Assembly: GCA_023145475.1 (NCBI GenBank)
Contig: JAGLDR010000027.1
Location: 1-51,221 of the forward strand
Reading direction: 5' to 3'
Source: a bacterium
GTDB taxonomy: Bacteria; UBP6; UBA1177; JAGLDR01
DNA: 51,221 nt
Shown here: positions 48,843 to 51,221 of the stretch, in pieces
Numbering within the stretch: position 1 is the first letter of the stretch
Layout of the letters: each line of letters starts with the position of its first letter
The notes under the pieces: model-generated
Seen by the model: the letters and a program-made list of their open reading frames with translations, nothing else
The model's database searches: none
Told to the model about the DNA's origin: nothing
Made by a program: the position numbers and the translations under genes

Positions 48843-49004
48843 AAATAACTCCCTTAGATATAGTTATTAACGGGTCTTCGTCCACTGAAATTGTAAAAAA
48901 ACCTTCTCTTTTTGCAATTTTTTTGCAAGAAAAAGAATTTCCAATTTGACATTTCAATATTTTTACCCTTAGATAGGGGGCGTATAACCTTGGGGAGGGC
49001 GTGT

Positions 49005-50114
49005 ATGGACTTTTCATTTGGAACACTATTCGGCGCAGGATTGCTGACCTTTTTTACACCCTGTGTTTTGCCTATGATTCCTGTCTATTTTGCAGCGATG
49101 ACTGGTGGATCACTTTCACAAAACAAAAAGGGAACTCTTTTTGTTCGCTCTATCTTCTTTTCATTAGGCTTTATTCTTGTCTTTACACTGATGGGAGCAG
49201 CAGCAAGTAGTATCGGATCACTCGTTCGGGTATATCAACACTATATTATGCTCGGTGGTGGAATTTTGATTCTTCTTTTTGGTCTTAAGTTTGTCCACTT
49301 CATTCACATTCCGCTTTTTGATAGAATTGCACGAGTCGACGATTCAAAACTCTCTGTTAAATTCGGCCCACTGAACGCCTTTATCTTTGGAGTCGTATTT
49401 GCCGCCGGATGGAGCCCCTGCATTGGCCCAATACTTGGAAGTGTTCTAACATGGACGGCATCATCAGCGGAGAATGCAACAGAAGGAATGCTCTATCTTG
49501 CCCTCTACGGTGCAGGATTTGCCACTCCATTTCTCCTCACTGCCGCATTTGCAGAAAAGGGAATTGCATTTATACGAAAAAGTGGCTCAAAACTGTTGTT
49601 ATTTGAAAAAATAACGGGCATTCTTCTTATTGCAGCATCACTCTATATGATTGCTCTGTCTCAAACTATGCAGCAACCAATTCCTGGAAGTATTACCAAA
49701 CCATCTGACATCCTCTTTGTCAACCACGACCACCCTGTTTTAGTTGAATTTTATCGAGATAACTGCCCCGTTTGTAAAGGGATGGAGCCTGTGGTAAATG
49801 AAATATTCCAAAAATGTGATGGCAAAAATGTAGCTCTCAGAAAAATCAACCTTTCGAAACCAGAGAATAAGGGTTTTGTGAGTGAATACCGGATATTAGG
49901 TGTTCCAACATTTGTTCTTTTTGACAAATCTGGCAACGAACAAAGCAGACTTATTGGCCACCAAGAGACAGACAATATATATAGAGCAATCGCCCTTCTT
50001 CGGGGAGAACAATGTGAAGGTGTCGGCGCACTTCCTGAGGGTCTTAATCTTTCTGAAGGTGCATCATGTGGAAGCAAAGATAGTGAGAATGAGACAACGC
50101 CCTCCTGCGAATAA
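49005..50114 (+). CDS. ccdA: CcdA (DsbD transmembrane) and thioredoxin fusion
   Basis: FTPCVLPMIP, WSPCIGP, six or so TM segments, then CPVC and GVPTF; start reassigned to MDFSF. Confidence 0.88.
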   Translation: MDFSFGTLFGAGLLTFFTPCVLPMIPVYFAAMTGGSLSQNKKGTLFVRSIFFSLGFILVFTLMGAAASSIGSLVRVYQHYIMLGGGILILLFGLKFVHFIHIPLFDRIARVDDSKLSVKFGPLNAFIFGVVFAAGWSPCIGPILGSVLTWTASSAENATEGMLYLALYGAGFATPFLLTAAFAEKGIAFIRKSGSKLLLFEKITGILLIAASLYMIALSQTMQQPIPGSITKPSDILFVNHDHPVLVEFYRDNCPVCKGMEPVVNEIFQKCDGKNVALRKINLSKPENKGFVSEYRILGVPTFVLFDKSGNEQSRLIGHQETDNIYRAIALLRGEQCEGVGALPEGLNLSEGASCGSKDSENETTPSCE

Positions 50115-50227
50115 TTCTGATTACGACCACCTTTTTATGACAATTATTGTAGCGAAGTTGAGCAAAATAAAATAAAATAACAAGATGCTGTATTTACTAG
50201 ACATCTTCCAAAAGCACAGATTTTGCA

Positions 50228-50256
50228 TTGACATTATAGGTGCCGTTGTGTAAACT
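50228..50256 (+). promoter_or_regulatory. Sigma70 promoter
   Basis: TTGACA-17 nt-TAAACT upstream of a GGAGGAGG RBS. Confidence 0.7.
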
Positions 50257-50301
50257 GGCGTTAGGAATTTGTTTTTTTACAAATAAATGGAGGAGGATTC
50301 C

Positions 50302-51221
50302 ATGAAGAAGATTTTTTTGACCGTCATAGTTATGATGGCTGCGTTGTTTGTTTTGTCTTGTGATGACAAAAAAACATCAACTACAGATGATGACACAGGC
50401 AACACAACAGATAGTGCTGTCGATGATGACAATGTTGACACTGCTGACAATCCAGCAGTAGATGATGACACAGCAGACACAGGCGAAGATACCTGCCGTC
50501 TTGACAGTGCATTTTTAGAAGCAAAGTATGACCAGTATGTTACTATTCGTCAAACTGGTAAAATCTTTGATTATGATGCAGTTAATGCTGATGGTAGCGA
50601 TATTGATCCATCTGCAGTTGCATCTGAATCAAAAATCAAATTGGACGATGTATCAATGGAAGGTACTTGGGGTTCTTATATGAATTATCAAGGAACAACT
50701 CTTCTTGCACAAATTCAAGCGTATGACTTTGTTAAGACAGACGAAGCAAAGAGTGCAACAAGAATTCAGTTGCTTACTGCTATGGCTCAGTTGAATCTTC
50801 AATTGATTCCTGCAATGATTGGTGACGGCATCAAAGAAGTTGACTTTGGCGCATACACCTTTTTGCAAGAAGTTTATATTGATGCTAAATTTGATGCAGG
50901 TACAGGCCAAATCACCGAACAAAATGTTCGTAGAATGTGTATGGCTGCTGTTTCAAAGACAGAAGAAGTTGAAGAAGAAGGCGAGACATATGATGTTGCC
51001 ATTGGCGGAATCTATGCTTGTTTAGAAGACGATCAAGTTGGCGCTGTAGGCGAAACATTGAAGATGATGTTTAACCTTGAGATGACAACAGACGAAGATG
51101 CTGTTATAGCATTCCAAAACACCAGATCAGATGGCACTATTGCAAAGCCAGAAGATGATGACTACACAGAACAGTGTACTTGTTACTCACTTTATGAAAA
51201 AGATGCTTCAGGCGACCCAGC
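50302..51221 (+). CDS. Hypothetical lipoprotein with acidic tether (3' truncated; absent from ORF track)
   Basis: Manual translation MKKIFLTVIVMMAALFVLSC-DDKKTSTTDDDTGN...DDDTADTGEDTC; open to the window end; strong RBS and promoter. Confidence 0.85.
   Translation, partial: MKKIFLTVIVMMAALFVLSCDDKKTSTTDDDTGNTTDSAVDDDNVDTADNPAVDDDTADTGEDTCRLDSAFLEAKYDQYVTIRQTGKIFDYDAVNADGSDIDPSAVASESKIKLDDVSMEGTWGSYMNYQGTTLLAQIQAYDFVKTDEAKSATRIQLLTAMAQLNLQLIPAMIGDGIKEVDFGAYTFLQEVYIDAKFDAGTGQITEQNVRRMCMAAVSKTEEVEEEGETYDVAIGGIYACLEDDQVGAVGETLKMMFNLEMTTDEDAVIAFQNTRSDGTIAKPEDDDYTEQCTCYSLYEKDASGDP

Overview
AT-rich bacterial chromosome window, probably from an anaerobic deltaproteobacterial/Myxococcota-like lineage (inferred from HydG, a Myxococcus-type Cys-rich repeat, an IgGFc-binding lipoprotein, a lid-less Hsp70 and a Cys-terminal sorting-like tail). 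Housekeeping genes: 3' end of rho, yajC-secD-secF-recJ-hinT, queE, typA, yegS-like kinase, HU, hydG, an atypical glutamine synthetase, ccdA-thioredoxin, and pyrH-frr-[Hsp70-J protein]-uppS-cdsA-dxr. Between them lie many surface lipoproteins with Asp-rich tethers: ceramidase, EGF/BspA, alpha-2-macroglobulin, a (DTA)x~65 protein, an IgGFc-binding protein and two unknowns. The best candidate for an undescribed system is a two-gene unit at 11254-19102. It pairs a single-module, fully reducing type I PKS (KS-AT-DH-ER-KR-ACP, no thioesterase) with a PLP alpha-oxoamine synthase (serine-palmitoyltransferase-like) 1 bp downstream, and the two proteins carry apparently matching docking peptides. This may be a PKS route to sphingoid/amino-lipid backbones, and a ceramidase-family lipoprotein is encoded ~5.5 kb away. 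Non-coding features include a 95-bp x3 MITE-like array whose right end supplies the typA stop codon, and a hairpin repeated twice with a compensatory base-pair change. No rRNA, tRNA, CRISPR array or transposase was seen. All calls come from motif recognition by eye; no searches were run.
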